A stretch of DNA of 64,000 bases from Eledone cirrhosa (lineage: Eukaryota), in the NCBI GenBank assembly GCA_964016885.1, contig OZ024740.1:178808001-178872000 (forward strand), in the 5' to 3' direction. The notes beneath the pieces were generated by a model. The model was not told where the DNA came from and ran no database searches. It saw nothing but the letters and a program-made list of their open reading frames with translations. Position numbers and translations under genes: made by a program. Positions 61,146-64,000 of the stretch are shown piece by piece. Each line of letters starts with the position of its first letter. The stretch's first letter is position 1.

Positions 61146-63026
61146 ATATCTATTTATTTAATCTATCTACCCATCTATCTATTTATTTATCTATCTATCT
61201 ACATACCTATCTATCTATCTATTTATTTATCTATCTACATACCTATCTATCTAGCCAGCTAGCCAGCTAGCAAGCTTGTGTATCTATCTTTCTGTTATCT
61301 ATCTTTCTATTATCTACCATGGGATAGGCAAACGGGTAAACAACAATAAAAAACACACACACGCCAATATATAGTTGCACCGCTAAATCATCCTGTCCGA
61401 AGTCAAGCAGGTGTTCTTACGGCCATATTATGAAATCTAACAAGGCTATGGTATATTCTAAACCGCCTTACCATTCTATCCAATCTCTTGCAAATATTTC
61501 TAACTGTCTATGTGCGCAGAATTTCATTTATATGCTTGCATACCACCCTGTGCTGGTCATTTCCCGGGCAGCAGCTCACTCACACTTCTACACACTCACC
61601 ACAGCTAGCATGTGAACGATAAAAAGCATTTATGGTCTTAGATTTAAGTGTTGGCTTTACCATTTTACATATTTCCTTTCTGCATTTAAAGAATTAGTTG
61701 TATCCTGATATTTTCTTCCGCGCCACTTTACATGGCTGATGCAAGATAGCTGTAATCTAATAATTTGAAGACAGTTTCAGTTGAAGATAACGAAAACATT
61801 GTTTTGAACATACTTTTAACCAGATGTTTTAAATATTTAACAATTCAACCATGTATGTATACCAAATTCCTATTATATTTAAGAAATAAAATTCCATCTT
61901 AACAAATACTGTTTTGAGATACCAATACTAACTAAACATGAAAACAAACTGTCACCATTGATGATAGATATTTGTCTTGATTCTAGAAGTAGTATACAAA
62001 TCATTATTCAATGCACAATTAGTGTATTCATATACGGAAACATATAAAACAAGTAATGATATTTCCATGATGCAAGTGTATCTCGTCCCGGTTTCGATGC
62101 TACAATATGGCCTCTTGGCGACGTATCTATTATCATAACATTGAGTTAACACAAGGTTTTTGTTTGAAATTGGGCAGATGGAAACAAATGAGGAAGCTTA
62201 ACAGGTTGATTAAATCCGTAGAACATTTCAGACATTGTTTTGGATTAGCTGTGCCTCAGGATTACGTTTATGTTACATATATCTGTGGAATACTCAGCCA
62301 CACACGTGATAACTCGATGAGTAACCAATTTATTTGATCGATCAACATAAGTATACAGAGTTGAAACCGACGATGACTTATTTATTGTGTATTCTAAAAT
62401 GAAAGAATTAGAAGAAACTGGAGTCGAGAAAGACAGTTATAATTCAGATTATTTTTAATTGTAAACTCATACAGATTAACATATAATTTAATGAGTATGT
62501 AAGAACGAAGAAAGGGGAAAATTGATTAGATGTCTGAAACCCCATTTTCGCAGGTCAGTTTTATCATATGACCAGTGAGCGGAGTCTATCTATTTTTCAC
62601 ATCTAATATGCAGTATATATACAGACATTAACAACTTACAGACGTGAATCCTGTTTGGTTGAGATGTTTGAAGATAGAAATGCAATGTAGTGGAATTGGA
62701 ATTGTGAAAGCAATTTCGTATAATATATTGTATCAATTATAAATGTTTGCATCACACTAGCTTACGTTAACCGTTTCCCTGGAAATTTAGAAGAAGAAGA
62801 AGAAGAAGAAGAAGAAGAAGAAGAAGAAGAAGAAGAAGAAGAAGAAGAAGAAGGTCTATGCTATTAGAAGAACACTAGAGTTAGTTAACTTAATATTAAT
62901 TATATCAATTATAGTTGTAATAATCGATGCACACCATCTCGATCAACAGAGTTGCGCAATATTGATCACTTCCGATATTGAACTCAGTGCTTTCTTTTCT
63001 TCTCAATAACAAAATGATATAACCAG

Positions 63027-63087
<61 letters not shown>

Positions 63088-63233
63088 AAAAAGTTAGGAT
63101 CCCGGCAGCTGAGCTCCGGCCGTTTCGACAGCGAGATCCGAACTATTACCCAATCTACTACCCAAAGTATTGAGTACTCTGGTGCGTTATGGTCCACCTG
63201 GTTCCTTACCACACTTTCTTTGTTATACACACA

Positions 63234-63276
<43 letters not shown>

Positions 63277-63285
63277 GCAGACACA

Positions 63286-63323
<38 letters not shown>

Positions 63324-63763
63324 AACACATATATATATATATATATATACATATATGGGGGTGTAGGTGTGTGTATATGTGTGTGTGTATGTATGTGTGT
63401 GTACATGTGTGAGTTTTGGTTTCAATCGGCGGAAACCACAGCAAGGTAATCAATACATTAGCAGATTATAAACATCATGTTTAATATAGAAATGGATTCT
63501 AGAGAACTGGAAAAATTTCAAAAAATAAAAATTACTAGGAAAGCTTTCGTGATTTCTTTCGAACGAAACAGTTCTAGTCCTGTAAACGTCTCCTATATTA
63601 AACATGATATATATATATAGGAAAATGTTTAACCCCGACGGCAGAGCTCAAGCCGTTTCGACGGCTATTTCTGGACCTTAGCTCTGCCGTCGGGGTTAAA
63701 CATTTTCCTATTACCCACTCTACTGCGTTTTGGTCCATCTGGTCCCTTACCACAGTTCCATCG

Positions 63764-63812
<49 letters not shown>

Positions 63813-63883
63813 TATATACATATCTATATATATATATATATATGTATGTATATGTAAATGTATATGTATATGTATATATATAT

Positions 63884-63963
<80 letters not shown>

Positions 63964-64000
63964 ATATACATATACATATACATATATACATATATACATA

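Noticed and set aside
61300-62780. Possible host exon in the least repetitive stretch
   Set aside because: Only short ORFs with no recognisable domain or convincing splice pattern. A small exon cannot be excluded without RNA data.

Overview
AT-rich, microsatellite-saturated animal intergenic DNA, probably cephalopod/octopus (inferred from a tRNA-headed Deu/Nin-type SINE and the repeat make-up). I found no host gene. The window is a nest of retroelements, each class sitting in its own simple repeat: R4/Dong RLE LINEs in (CATA)n and (TAA)n, an L1/Tx1 LINE in (TATC)n, and Penelope-like elements (PLEs; Neptune- and Naiad-type) in (TA)n. There are also hATm, Helitron, pogo-like and CRE-like remnants. 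The main signal the ORF track misses is non-coding: I read about 24 intact or degenerate minimal hammerhead ribozyme (HHR) motifs between 13.7 and 53.1 kb. They include a ~500-bp x 4.5 retrozyme-like tandem array whose 5' end stops 8 nt from the predicted self-cleavage site, and several families of ORF-less, tail-outward fold-back elements with reproducibly staggered ends. All folds and alignments were done by eye, and element boundaries are approximate.
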